From NCBI RefSeq assembly GCF_006345805.1, contig NC_043001.1, positions 69,130,001 through 69,194,000 on the forward strand: 64,000 nucleotides of DNA, in the 5' to 3' direction. Numbering within the stretch: the first letter of the stretch is position 1; each line of letters starts with the position of its first letter. A program made the position numbers and the translations under genes. Positions 49,690 through 62,079 of the stretch are shown one piece after another. Source of the DNA: Octopus sinensis (taxonomy: Eukaryota). The notes under the pieces are model-generated. The model was given only the letters and a program-made list of their open reading frames with translations. It was not told where the DNA came from and made no database searches.

Positions 49690-52644
49690 TACATGGGTTT
49701 GTTCATGTTGCTGGTCTAACAATGTCTCTCATTGCAGCTCCCATGAGGACTACGCATCATACCCACATATCATCATTACCAACATGTCTACAGTTTGCGT
49801 CCATTGTAATGCAATAAGGTAACCAGCAAAATCTACTGCTATATCCTGTGCTATGGAACGGTGAGCTTGCATATTTACAAGTCGGTGCCGAACCTCTGAA
49901 GTTCCTGATGCTTGGAGACCATCCAGATTCTAAACACTTTCTTCGGAATATAAGAGCCTACAATTACGCCTTCCAAATGACAAGCTGTAGTCATACACCA
50001 ATAAGCGATGGAAATTATATGCCCAACTTCAAAGTAGAAGGCCAAATTTACCACCAAAAGATGGCGATGAACACAGCTTTCTCCAGATCTACGTTATGGG
50101 GAACGGACCTGAGGAAGTTGCACGAAGAGCTTCAGTTGCTACAGGAACAAGATCGTCTCTTCTGCAGACCCTTCAATATATGCTTCATACCATAAACCTC
50201 TACATAACCATTTCCAAAACTGCTCTTCAAAGTAGAGATGCTAACATCAATCAGTTTAAGATTGTCATTCGAGGTGGCCGTGCTCCACCAGGGCAGTATC
50301 AGTATTGCTTTAACAAACCCAAAACCTACTAAGTTGCGATGCTTATAACAAGTCTCAATGAGTGTACTTCAAACCGTGATATTGTTCTTGGCGATGGTTA
50401 CCGCATTGACTTGCCAATGTTTAATCCGTAAACGTTAATGCATCTTCAACCACGGAAAATCATGGAATTCTAAGTATTTCGGCTTATTATTCGCAACAAC
50501 GACATCACCAATCTTCATAGAGCACTGATGCACCTCAATCAACACTGTGTAGACGTATTTGCTAAGATAGATATTTCTTATTTTATGATTTATTTCAGAA
50601 AATGTACTTAGCTCGGTCACTAACTATTTACTCTGCACATTTCTTTCCTTTCTAGATTCAAAAGGAATTTCGTACAGAAGAACATGGTAATCTTCGTGAC
50701 GAACTGAACCGAAATGATCAGGTTGTTGCTTCGAATATTCGACGTTCTGTCATTCTCCCATCATCATACACTGGAGGCCCACGTTACATGCATGAAAAAA
50801 TGCCGGATGCTCTCAATTATGTCCACTACTGTTGCCGTCCAGGTTTTTTCGTCACCTTCACTTGTTATCCAAAATCCTTCAGATAGGCATGATATCATAT
50901 CTGGAGTGTTTCATCTGAAGCTAATGAAAACAATGGACATTATAAAATACGGATATATTTTGGGACCATTAAGATGCTTCATGTACACCGTAGAATAGCA
51001 GAAGAGAGGACTCCCTCATGCTTATATCCGCCTCAAAACAAACTCATGTCAACATATATCGACTCCGTTATCAGTGCTGAACTGCCAAATCATCAAGAAG
51101 ATCCAGTCCTTTTTTAAATCATGAAAAAATCAGCATGATCCATGGCCCATATAGTCACCTAAATCCAAGGTCTGCATGTATGGACAATGGGAGGTTTACA
51201 AAGAGCTACCCACGTAAACTAACTCATAACAACCTGACTGGTGATGACCGCTATCCTTTATACCGTGGCAGGCCACCACAGAAGGGTGGACGTACGGTAT
51301 AATAAAAATGGTTGGTGGTCAAGAGTTGAATGTCGACAACAGATGGGTGGTACCACATAACAAAGTGCTTTGTAAAATGTTTTCCGCCCACATTAACGTT
51401 GAATTTGGCAACTCGGTGGAAGTTATTCAATACATCTGCAATTATATACATAAGAGAGCCGATCGAGCAGTTATTGAGTTGGCTAAGGACGGCGACCCTG
51501 ATGCCACCACAGAAGAGGTGACATTTTTGAAAACTGGACGCTACTAATAAGGCATTTTGGCACATATTCGATTTTCTGATCCATTTGGAGAATGGGAAAC
51601 GGGTGTATTTTAATCAAGAAAATATACTTGACTCTGCAAACCAACCTCAAAGAATAACCCTGACCGGATTCTTTGAACTTTGCACTTCAGATTCTTTTAC
51701 TAGAAGACTTCTTTATGCCTACACATGGAATAAACCTTCCCGCTGTTGACAAAAAAGAAAGCATGCATCTGATTTCTCTCAAGATTGTACAGAGTTCATC
51801 CGCTTAAACACAGAATGCTTTCACCTGCGTTTTGTGTTGCTCGTTGTCAAAGGTTCAACTTTCTTTCAAGACCTTCGTACCGTTAATGGCGATATTTTTT
51901 CAACCTTCAAACGGACCTGTTACAAATTAGGTATTCTTGATAACCATGACCACTATGACCACGCGATCCAAGAAGTATCAATGCGGCATTTCCCCTTTAC
52001 ACCAACCTCTCTACCAGTTACTCAGTCATGAATGGATGTGCGTAAGAACCATCTTAGCTCCAACAAATGCCACCGTCCAAGCCCTAAACACATAACTGCT
52101 TCTTCAACCTCCTACCCCAGAGCTATGCTATGCTTCAGTTGATTCAGTTAGTGATCCAACACAAGTAACATTTTTCCCAACAGAGTTTTTGAAAACACAA
52201 GAACCATTGGGATTCCAACCGCATAAACTTAGCCTTAAACTTGGTTTTCCTCTTATACTCTTGAGAAATCTGGAGCCTCCTCGGCTTTGCTATGGCACAT
52301 GTTTGGCTGTTAAGCAAATGTTGGATAACATTCTCGAATCCACAATTATCACAGGAAAAGGCACTGGCGAATCCGCTTTTAATCCCCGATTTCCACTTAT
52401 TCCGGCTGATTGTGTATTTGCGATTAAAAGAGTACAATTCCCTATTCGATTAAGCTTTGCTATGACAATTACCAAAGCCCAAGGTCAGTCACTAAAAGTG
52501 GTTGGGCTGGACGTTAATACACCATGCTTCTCACACTGACAGCTGTACATGGTGTGTTCCAGAACTGGAAACTCGGCCAATCTCTTCTACTACGCTCTCG
52601 AAAGATTGACAAAAAACGTTGTTTACAAAGCAGCCTTCCAATAG
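49690..52644 (+). pseudogene. Decayed autonomous Helitron Rep/PIF1 helicase
   Basis: CVHCNA zinc finger; IRAYNYAFQMTS, FKVEGQIYH; HUH motif VE*QKRGLPHAY (about 50990); VDNRWVVPHN, HINVE; helicase C-terminus LLRNL..PRLC.GT, QFPIRLSFAMTITKAQGQSL, QLY...SR. Many frameshifts and stops. Confidence 0.92.
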
Positions 52645-54744
52645 TTTTTTTTTCTTTAATTTGAAATCCTCTTCAGGTTTGCCCTTATTACGCTTATGTA
52701 CTCCTCACAACAGGTTAGGTTAATCTTGCAACAAACGCCTGTTGTTAAAGTCAAGTATTTTTTCCATTTCAATGCACAGCTTCCCAGGTACCTCAAATAA
52801 TTTCATATTGGCTTAAATCATGAATATACGACATCGGTATCACAGAATTACATTTTCAATTCTATTGGCAGAAGAAAAGGCTATGTCCATTATTCATTTC
52901 ACAGCCACCATTGTGAGGAAAGAAGCAGTTATCTTCAGACCAGACCCTCGATCCGAAAAGTTGCAAATGACGAGATTCTAAACGCTCCTATGTTGTCAGT
53001 TGTTGGTACTAATCTGCCCTACTACCTACAGGTCTTCATCGATTAGATTTCTCAGGGAAGGACGCAAACAATTACTACAGAAACAAAATAAAAACAACAA
53101 ATAACACATATACACTACTGAATAGACTGTAAATCTCTTCCTTACAGAACGTCATTTCTTGCAGTGACACGTTTTGTAAATACTTAGTTTCATATTTGAT
53201 ATGGGGCAATGTCTCGTTTTTCATAATTTTCCCCAAAAGATAAAGGGTTATAGCAGCATTATACCAAAAAAATTTAAATCAAATATTATTGCAAAAAGGA
53301 AAATATATATATATAATAGACAAACTTTTGTCCTCAAGATAAACTGATATGGGATCACTTCTAAACATTGGCCTGTATCAGTGTGTTTACTGTGATAAAA
53401 CTTCGAACAAATGTATCTTATTTTATCAGAATTGCAATGTTTTGGTTTTAATTTATTGTTTGGTTTAATGATTGTCGAGAGGATGTTGATGCGTAGTAAA
53501 ATTAGATTGTAGAATTCACTATTTTTAAATATAAAAAACACTTCGCATTTTAGCGTGTTGATAGCAACAATCAATATCACTGTTTGTTTTGGTTCATGTG
53601 TGTAAAGAAAGCGAACCAGCACGCTAAATATATGTTAATACAATGCATAGACATAGCTATACACGGATATTCACACCGCATAGGAAATTGAGTGGATATA
53701 CACAAGCATAAAATAGACACATACACGCGCATGTTTAGATACACTAAAAACAAACGAATAAGTAGGAAGAATTAGAAATAAGTGGATAATCTCAATGAAA
53801 TCTCGTGTTAGCTAATCAGAAAAAAGAAAAATGAAAGAAAAACAAGTGATGGAAATCCTTTTACCATATGTTATATTCAGTATAGAGAACGTCTTTTGGT
53901 CATCAAATGTTGTCGACTCTAGCGACGAGAATACTTGATGTCCATTCAAGCGAATTCTTTACTCATCCACTTATACAATCCGTGGCTGTGTATTTCAAAG
54001 ACATGTGCTCTCCATGTAATCCATAGCGCAAATGAGCATGGCACAGAATGCTACAGGGGTTGCTATTTGAAATACGACTCTTGGGATATTAGAAGTTGGG
54101 ATTCCACACAAATTCCGTCATGCTATTTTCTCTCATAAGGCTCAGATTTATCCAAAACTTTGGCAGAATGTAAGTTTGTTCACTGAGCTTACTTTGGGTT
54201 TCGTAGGCGTCCCATGTACGTTAACTCGAAGAAACTGTCCAGCGACACTCCAAACACTCGAACAAGCGATAGAGAGTACCTTCAGTCCTGCAGTAAATGG
54301 ATAATTGTAATTTTCCCCCACATAATATTTAATCCTATTGTTTGTAAATTTAAAAGCAAGCACACACACTCACACACGTACGAGCGACATGTATGGGAAT
54401 TTATGTAAGCAGTATCTTTTGTCAATATGTCTCATTGAAGAAACTGAACATGTGGTCCTTTACAAACAAGCCATTTATGTATTTTGCTGCACAAACATCT
54501 TCATGCCTCAGTGTTTTCACCTCCATGCTGAGCTATAGACCAATACAATAATTGGTCTCTTAGAAATATTTAAATAACCAGTATATCGTTATTAAGTTGC
54601 CAAGGAATACAAATATGATGTAATTTCCATTGTGACGATTACGAGGTACCCTAAGTGTAAGCACAACAACAATAAAAGGAGTAAAAGACAAAAATATCAG
54701 CTTAAAAGCTCGTTGCAATCATAGGAAAATGATAATGATGATGA

Positions 54745-54808
<64 letters not shown>

Positions 54809-54814
54809 ATTATT

Positions 54815-54853
<39 letters not shown>

Positions 54854-54886
54854 ATTATTGTTGTTGTTATTATTATTATTATTATT

Positions 54887-55422
54887 GAGTGAGAGGGCAA
54901 TGCATGCTAACAAAGTGACACTAGAGTAAAATATACGAAGCCCAGTATGCCCATCACGACTACTTGTGTGATAAGGGCACACCAGACACATACATCACAA
55001 CAATATACATGTGACATGGCGATCTCATATCAAGATAAACAGCGCATGCCCTTGAAGGTGGGACTCAGAATTTTCTTCAGGTTCAGTAGCCCATCCTGCT
55101 CAAAAGGTTCCTCAATAGGGTTGTTTAAAAATGTTGAACGAAATACTCATATTTCCGGAGATGAATTATCCAAACACCAAAGAATTGCTTTCAACACACA
55201 GTTATGATGCTCCCAACTACTTCTGCTGGTGATCCGAGATGCACCCATCGTCAGCCACTAAGGAACATGCTTAAGTGGTTATGGTAAAGCAAGTGACAAA
55301 CAATTCTGTGGTATTGAGCAGAATATTTGCTGTAGCTCATATTTCATACCAAGACAAAACAATGAACGTGATATCACTTCCAATCAGTTAAGATGAGAAG
55401 ACATGACAGCCACTGCCTGGTA
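54887..55422. mobile_element. Repeat family C, longer copy, flanked on both sides by (ATT)/(GTT)n
   Basis: Collinear with 40996-41432. Confidence 0.85.
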
Positions 55423-55486
55423 ATTATTATTGTTGTTGTTGTTGTTGTTGTTGCTGCTGCTGCTGTTGTTATAGTTATTGTTGTTG

Positions 55487-55561
<75 letters not shown>

Positions 55562-57784
55562 GTATTATAATAAGGATACAAGTGTATATATTACAGCTGC
55601 AAGATATTGAGGTTTAAGTCTAGGCATGATTTAGGTAAGATAACTTGAAGATATAAATAATATCAGTTAGATATTAAAATCTATCACACCTCTTCTCGTA
55701 TTTCCTCTTCGCTGATATTACTTACCAACCATGAATAATACTTTAGTGGCCACTAGAAAAATAGAATAAATCGATTATACCTGAAATCAACCAAATATAT
55801 ATATCGTTTTCTTTGTTGTTAAATGTCCTAGAGACACTGTCCACATGTTATGTTGGCAGGCTGTACACTAAACTATTTAAATTTATTGATATAAATCAAG
55901 AATGTAATGAGAATGGAATCTCAGATTGTCTGCTCTGGTCTGAGAATTGATGTGGAAGACGTTTGTGTTTCCCTCTCATTTTCTCTGTTTAGGAGAGCAA
56001 TATTAATTAGTTAAATGCATCATAAGAGAAAAAAATAGTAAACACGCACACAATGATTTTTTATATTTCCATATATAGAAATATCTTTTGCATGGGTTAG
56101 TCGAATAATGAGATCTTCTCATATGGATAGCAATATATGCATTAGTTCATTTTAGGTGAAAGTTTTAGTATTGCATTAGCGTTGTTTTGTTGAGTACAAT
56201 TGTTCCTGGTAAATGACGCTGCTAACAATAATGTGCACAACAATGTAATTCTATTGGATATTTGTTCCGAAAATTACAAGAAATTCGTAAAACTCTATAC
56301 CCGTTCCTTCTTTCAATAAAGCTGCTTATCTTTTTCTCTGCAATTGTTTACTTTTATAATCTTACCTCCCTATACTAATGAGGTTTTATTGCTTAATATT
56401 AATTGTTCATATGATTTTATTTGACATTAAGCTTTAGTTTTAAAATTTCATTTAACCACAAAACATATTCACTCATTTATTCCCTACATTTCTGCAACCT
56501 CTAATTATTACAATTAACAATTCGTATTGTTAAGGAATTATAGAAAATAAATGCCTCATTGCATTCGCACGGATCTCTGCACTCACACAGAGAAAGCATA
56601 CTTTTGTGCTGAATAAAAGAAAACAGAACGGGGTTTGCATTTACGAATTAACAGCGATATATTGCGGAGGAATATTTGCCGGCAACCTGATCAACTATTG
56701 AGTGTACTCTGAATATCAAGTTTTTACGAAGGTTCATGACAGAATCACTAAGCAAAACAACAGTTTCTCTTTAGGATATCTACCAGTGTATGTTCTGGTT
56801 TAGACTACGATCAATCCTAATTCAGCAAACATTAACATGTGATTATCTGGTCGTATTGTAAGTTCTACTGTTTCCATGACTATATTATCCACAATACACA
56901 TTTATTCCCGCGCTCACATTTTCTCTAAAAGTGTGATTTAAGAGATTTGCCGATTATTTCTAGCACATCATGTAGCTGCGTGGTGACATCTTTTCTTTGG
57001 CTTTAAAATCACCTGTAGTAGTGTTCAGCTGTCAGAAGGAACGACAACTCATTTCTGTAAGTTTGAGAAGTTAATATTCCTCTTAACCTATATCTAAATA
57101 AAGTTGAATGCCTTTTCTTATTTGACCGAATTTCTAAACATCAAAACATCTTAATATTTTGGTAAATGAAGGAAAAAATAAAACAGTGGTAGATGCAGTT
57201 TTTGCGAATTCGTTGGAGTGTTGGATAAGAAACACTATGGTGCTTATCCTGGTTAATCGTGTTCTAGTTGCAACCTCTATATTATACGTTATATATATTG
57301 TCCTGGCCTCAGATTTATTTTCGATACGGCAATGGAATGAAAGGAAGAGAGTGAACAACTATTAAATTTCAATAAAAATACTTTACTTTGGAGAGAAATT
57401 AACCAGTTGCAAATATATGTCTTAGTAAACAGATGTCGCAAAACATACATATTTAGATACATAAGTGAATATGTATGTGTGTTTGTGTGCGTGTGTATAT
57501 GTGTGTGTGGATGAATATGGGTGTGTGTGAATATATACGTTTTTAAAAAATTATTAAAGGATATATGCACGTATGTATGTGTATATGCTAGCGTAAATAG
57601 TTATAGATGCCTTCATCACACGATACAAAAATGCATAAACATGCTCTAACAAAATACACTTTAACAAAGCACACTCACATCTACATACTTCAACACACAC
57701 ACATATAGATCTATATATGTGTGTATTTGTGTGAATTCATGCTTGTGAGAAAGACAGTGAATAAGTATTAATCGTTCTGAATGT

Positions 57785-57960
57785 CAGCTGACAGAATCGT
57801 TAGCCGGTGGACAAAATGCATAACGGCATACCTTTACGTTGTGAGTATAAATCTCTACGAGATCAACTTTGCTTTTCAACCTTTCGGTGTGGATGAAATA
57901 AATTGTCGTTGAAATACTGTGATCGATGTCATCGACATGATGTGCCGCCATCTAAAAACT
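57785..57960 (+). mobile_element. SINE family 2, diverged; another antisense fragment at about 58580-58700
   Basis: gacagaatcgttagc..gagatcaactttgcttttcaacctttcggtgtggat. Confidence 0.7.
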
Positions 57961-58829
57961 ATGGATGTGTACTGAAATTTGAGTGATAAATTGAAATTAT
58001 CTGGGGGTGGGGGTGGCGAGAAGCAGAGAACCACTGAATTGTAACCAAAACACAAATACACAGGAACAAACACACTTGCAGGTAGACAGGCAAACACAAA
58101 CATAAACGCACAAATAGACAGACAGACAGACACACACACACACACATACGCACGCACATACACGTATGTATTACACATATGTTTTGAGACATCTGTTGAT
58201 GAAGACACATATTTCAGAGACAACAAATGCTGATGAGAAAGGAAAATAATGGAACCTGTTTATGATTGTGATATGAGGGGTCCATAAACCAAGTTTTCGA
58301 TTGATCAAATGATTGCTCAGATCTATTAGCCGAATTATTAATTAGCCAACGTGATGAGTAATGATAGTAATAACATAGGAAACGCGGATCACATATTAAG
58401 GGTATAAGTGTTTTTACATCACGAACTTTGCATAAAAATTATGGAAACGAAATTTGATGACAGCATATATTCAGTTTCTATTTTAAACTTTTATGAAGCA
58501 GTAAGCTGAAGGTTCGAATAATTACAATTCTGTAATGCAAATCTAAGATTCTTTCTATTATCGGCCAAATGTTCAAAATTTCAGACGAAGGGGATAGTTG
58601 ATTACATAGACCTCCAGTGTTCAAATGGTGCTATTTTATCAACTAAGAACGGATGAAAGGCAATGGCAGCATCAGGGGATTCGAACTCAGAGCTTGCCAC
58701 CTTCATTTACTATATTAATAAACTAATCATCAATAGAACGGGTTTTGAAAGGAAATAAGTATGGTAAGTGATACCTCGAATACTTGGTTTTTAATATGTG
58801 TTATATTATAAATTGCATTGTATGGATGT

Positions 58830-59110
58830 GAAAGGTGAAACCGAAGAGGAAACGAGACTGCCAAACTCAAGGCATTTGAAAAAACGTACAAATTAAGTGT
58901 ACCGAGGAAGAGCTGGCTTGACCATCAAACAAACGAAACAGTACGCGAGGAAATATAAAGAAAGAGAAGAATGTCGGCGACTGTCAGGAAGAGAAAGCTG
59001 CAGTGTTTTGTGTATGTCATCAGGACCCACAATATTAGCACCTACGTCTTCGGTTGAGGGTTCAATGGATGACAAAGAAGAAACGATACCAAGAAGACAA
59101 TTGCTGAACT
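58830..59110 (+). pseudogene. Decayed RTE-clade LINE C-terminal fragment
   Basis: LKAFEK, TNETVR and TVRKRKLQCFVYVIR across frames match the RTE C-terminal consensus (L.AFE, TNE.VR, KRKL.WFGHV.R). Confidence 0.7.
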
Positions 59111-59174
59111 GAAGTAGCTAACGTGTAAATCACGTATTCATTAAATTTAATCCATACACACACTCACACGTTTT

Positions 59175-59222
<48 letters not shown>

Positions 59223-59228
<6 letters not shown>

Positions 59229-59458
59229 GGAAAAAAATCACCAACGAATGTGTGACCACGTGTGTATCGTTGCCGATTATTTTCGTGCGTCTTCCCTTCC
59301 TTGGATCTTTCCTTTTGCTATTTTTCTGACGGAGAGCTCCGCTCGAAACGTTAAATCCTCATTCTTTCTTTCCTTTCCTGAGCGTCTAATAACACTATAC
59401 ATGTTCCACGTCTTCGCGTTGTAGTGTTTTCTCCTTGTGTTTGCACGTTTAGATTAAC

Positions 59459-59460
<2 letters not shown>
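59223..59460 (+). mobile_element. Short (TA)n-flanked element with variant minimal HHR at 59323-59355
   Basis: ttt-CTGACGG-a-gagc-tcc-gctc-GAAA-cg-tt-aaa; A9 replaced by G; weak 3-bp stem I. Confidence 0.6.
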
Positions 59461-59500
<40 letters not shown>

Positions 59501-59547
59501 TTCTAGTATCTCAAAATTCAATATATAATCATTTATGATTATAGTAT

Positions 59548-59647
59548 TCTACGCTGAAGAGAAAAGAAGTTTTGGTAAGGTAGAATTATTTAATATTTAA
59601 TTCTTATGCTTTCCTAAAAACTTGATTTCGAAACGTGCGTCCGTAGA
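59548..59647 (+). ncRNA. Type I hammerhead ribozyme, copy 1
   Basis: Stem I tctacg/cgtaga; CTGAAGA 59554-59560; 69-nt stem II (gaaa/tttc, aagtttt/aaaactt, agaatta/taattct); GAAA 59630-59633; stem III acgtgcgt; GUC cleavage after 59641. Confidence 0.92.
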
Positions 59648-60140
59648 TAACTTAAAATTGTATGATAGATTGCCGTCAATTCATTCTCTCTTACCTGTTT
59701 GTGTCTGCCTTCCAATTGCTGTTTTTACTGAGATCTCCCTTTTTAGTAGAAGAAATAGCTATAACTCTTTGACTGCTATTTCTACATTCGGTATGTGGTA
59801 AGGTAATTCGTTGCTAAACCCTTTATTGCTTAGTATTACTTAAATTTTCCTCGAATGAGGCTTTTACATGCCGAAGACTACTTGGTGTAATTGATAATTA
59901 TTCCAAATTAATTAATTTCACCCTTCATTATTACGGATAACCATATTTTATCTCAGTAGATGACCACAGCATCTTGTTTTGGCTACACGCGGGTGGGAAG
60001 GGGCTGGTGACACAATCTTTTCATTCACACATTGAATTTGGTGATACTAGTTGCGGATTCTAGCTCGCTCTGATACTGAGTTGAGTTGGTGCCTTCTAGT
60101 ATCTCAAAATTCAATATATAATCATTTATGATTATAGTAT

Positions 60141-60240
60141 TCTACGCTGAAGAGAAAAGAAGTTTTGGTAAGGTAGAATTATTTAATATTTAATTCTTAT
60201 GCTTTCCTAAAAACTTGATTTCGAAACGTGCGTCCGTAGA
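60141..60240 (+). ncRNA. Type I hammerhead ribozyme, copy 2
   Basis: Identical to copy 1; GUC cleavage after 60234. Confidence 0.92.
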
Positions 60241-61145
60241 TAACTTAAAATTGTATGATAGATTGCCGTCAATTCATTCTCTCTTACCTGTTTGTGTCTG
60301 CCTTCCAATTGCTGTTTTTACTGAGATCTCCCTTTTTAGTAGAAGAAATAGCTATATAGATAGATAGATAGATAGATAGACAGGCAGACAGATGAAAGTT
60401 GGTACATCGATAATGTACGCACATCACGCACGCATTTATGTGTGTGTGTGTGTATAAATACGTATATATGTATGTAGATATGTATGTGCGTGGGAGACGG
60501 GGTACATAAATTAACATAAGCAATATTTCAAATGCTGTGTGTGTGAACATAGAGACGCTTGATTTTTGCATTCTTGTCACCAATGTTATCAAATTGTACT
60601 TAATGAATGCATTTTTAGAGAAAGGCATCCCATGGTCTTTTGTCACAGAATAAACGAATTTCATGTGTGTCAAAATCGAGTGGAAGTTTGTCATGTAGGC
60701 ATCGAACGTAGAAATTCTGTCTCTTTGCTGGCAATCATAGCAAATTACTTTAATTTTAGCTGAACCACATAACCTCAACTAATTCAACAACTTTACCAAG
60801 TCGTGATACGACGTTTATCTCTAGTCTATTAAATTAATCCGTCTCCGTTACTGATTCCACGTGACATTTGTACGTGTGAACAGCGAGAAAAGGTTTCAAC
60901 AATGTTCACTATTCAACACTATTTGCTATAATCTATCTCTACTGGTTTACTTCATCATGTCCTTTTGGCGTTACTGGCATTTAATTAAAGTAAGCCGAAG
61001 TGTAAAATGCATTCTGTTATGAATAACCTGATCAATTATTTGAAATATTATAGCGATGCTAAACGATCTAATCTTACATTTCCTTAAAGGAATGATTTAT
61101 TAACCCTTTCAATTATGCATGCATATGTAATTTATATATGTATAC

Positions 61146-61227
<82 letters not shown>

Positions 61228-61261
61228 GTGTGTGTGTGTGTGTGTGTGTGTGTATTCGTTT

Positions 61262-61457
61262 TCTTTTTTTACATGCATCAGTCATTTGACTGCGGACATG
61301 CTGGAACACCGTCATTACTCGAAAAAATCGACCTGAAGACTTTGTAACCCTAGTAGTTATTCTATCGGTCACTTTTGCCGAACCGCTATCTTACGGGGGT
61401 GTAAATACATCAACAACGGTTGTCAAGCGATGGTGGGGGACAAACACAGACACGCAA

Positions 61458-61488
<31 letters not shown>

Positions 61489-61775
61489 GGGAGAATTCAC
61501 AAAAAGAAATACAAAAGACGAAGACAGGTGGTGTAGACAACAAACACATGTAATAGTATAACGCTCGGAAAGTGAAAAAGTCTTCTTTAACGTTTCGAGC
61601 CTACGGTCTTCCACAGAAAGAGACAAGGAGAGAAAATAAAGAATGTGTAGGGGCCAGCGATCTACAACGAGCTTCTTTCATTTTCCTTCTACCAAAATCC
61701 ACAGATAAGGCTTCGGTCAGCCCGAGGCTATAGTAGAAGACATTTACCGAAGGCACCACGGAGAACCATCTGTGT
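61262..61775 (-). mobile_element. SINE family 1 interrupted in its central (TA)n by a family A element
   Basis: 3' half 61262-61470; central domain resumes about 61665-61775. Confidence 0.82.
61488..61664 (-). mobile_element. Family A element with HHR-like motif at 61584-61621
   Basis: Minus strand: tcttt-CTGTGGA-a-gacc-gtag-gctc-GAAA-cg-tt-aaaga. Confidence 0.8.
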
Positions 61776-61861
61776 TCCGTCTTACTGCGTAGTACGTTGA
61801 CCAAGTATCTTCTACTACAGCCTCGACCAAAAACTTCTGAGTAGTTTTGATAGCCGGAATA

Positions 61862-61960
<99 letters not shown>

Positions 61961-62010
61961 ATATGTGTGTATGTGCGTGTGTATGTGTGTGTGTGTGTAT
62001 GTGTGTATGT

Positions 62011-62052
<42 letters not shown>

Positions 62053-62079
62053 TTATGACTGTGTTTGTATTCCCAACCA

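Larger units (their letters stand above)
59497..60356 (+). mobile_element. Retrozyme-like / PLE pseudo-LTR element: two 267-bp direct repeats at 593-bp period, each with an HHR
   Basis: 59497-59763 equals 60090-60356 (no difference seen); 326-bp unique spacer; flanked by (TA)n and (TAGA)n; no ORF in the track. Confidence 0.92.

Noticed and set aside
56750-57365. Micro-exon-like signals and a 68-aa ORF with a hydrophobic stretch
   Set aside because: Phases could not be chained convincingly; no recognisable product.
58222-58315. CTGATGA with a plausible long stem II
   Set aside because: Followed by GATT rather than GAAA, with no stem I partner.
60284-60778. 164-aa minus-strand ORF
   Set aside because: C-terminal half is microsatellite; N-terminal part has no recognisable motif.
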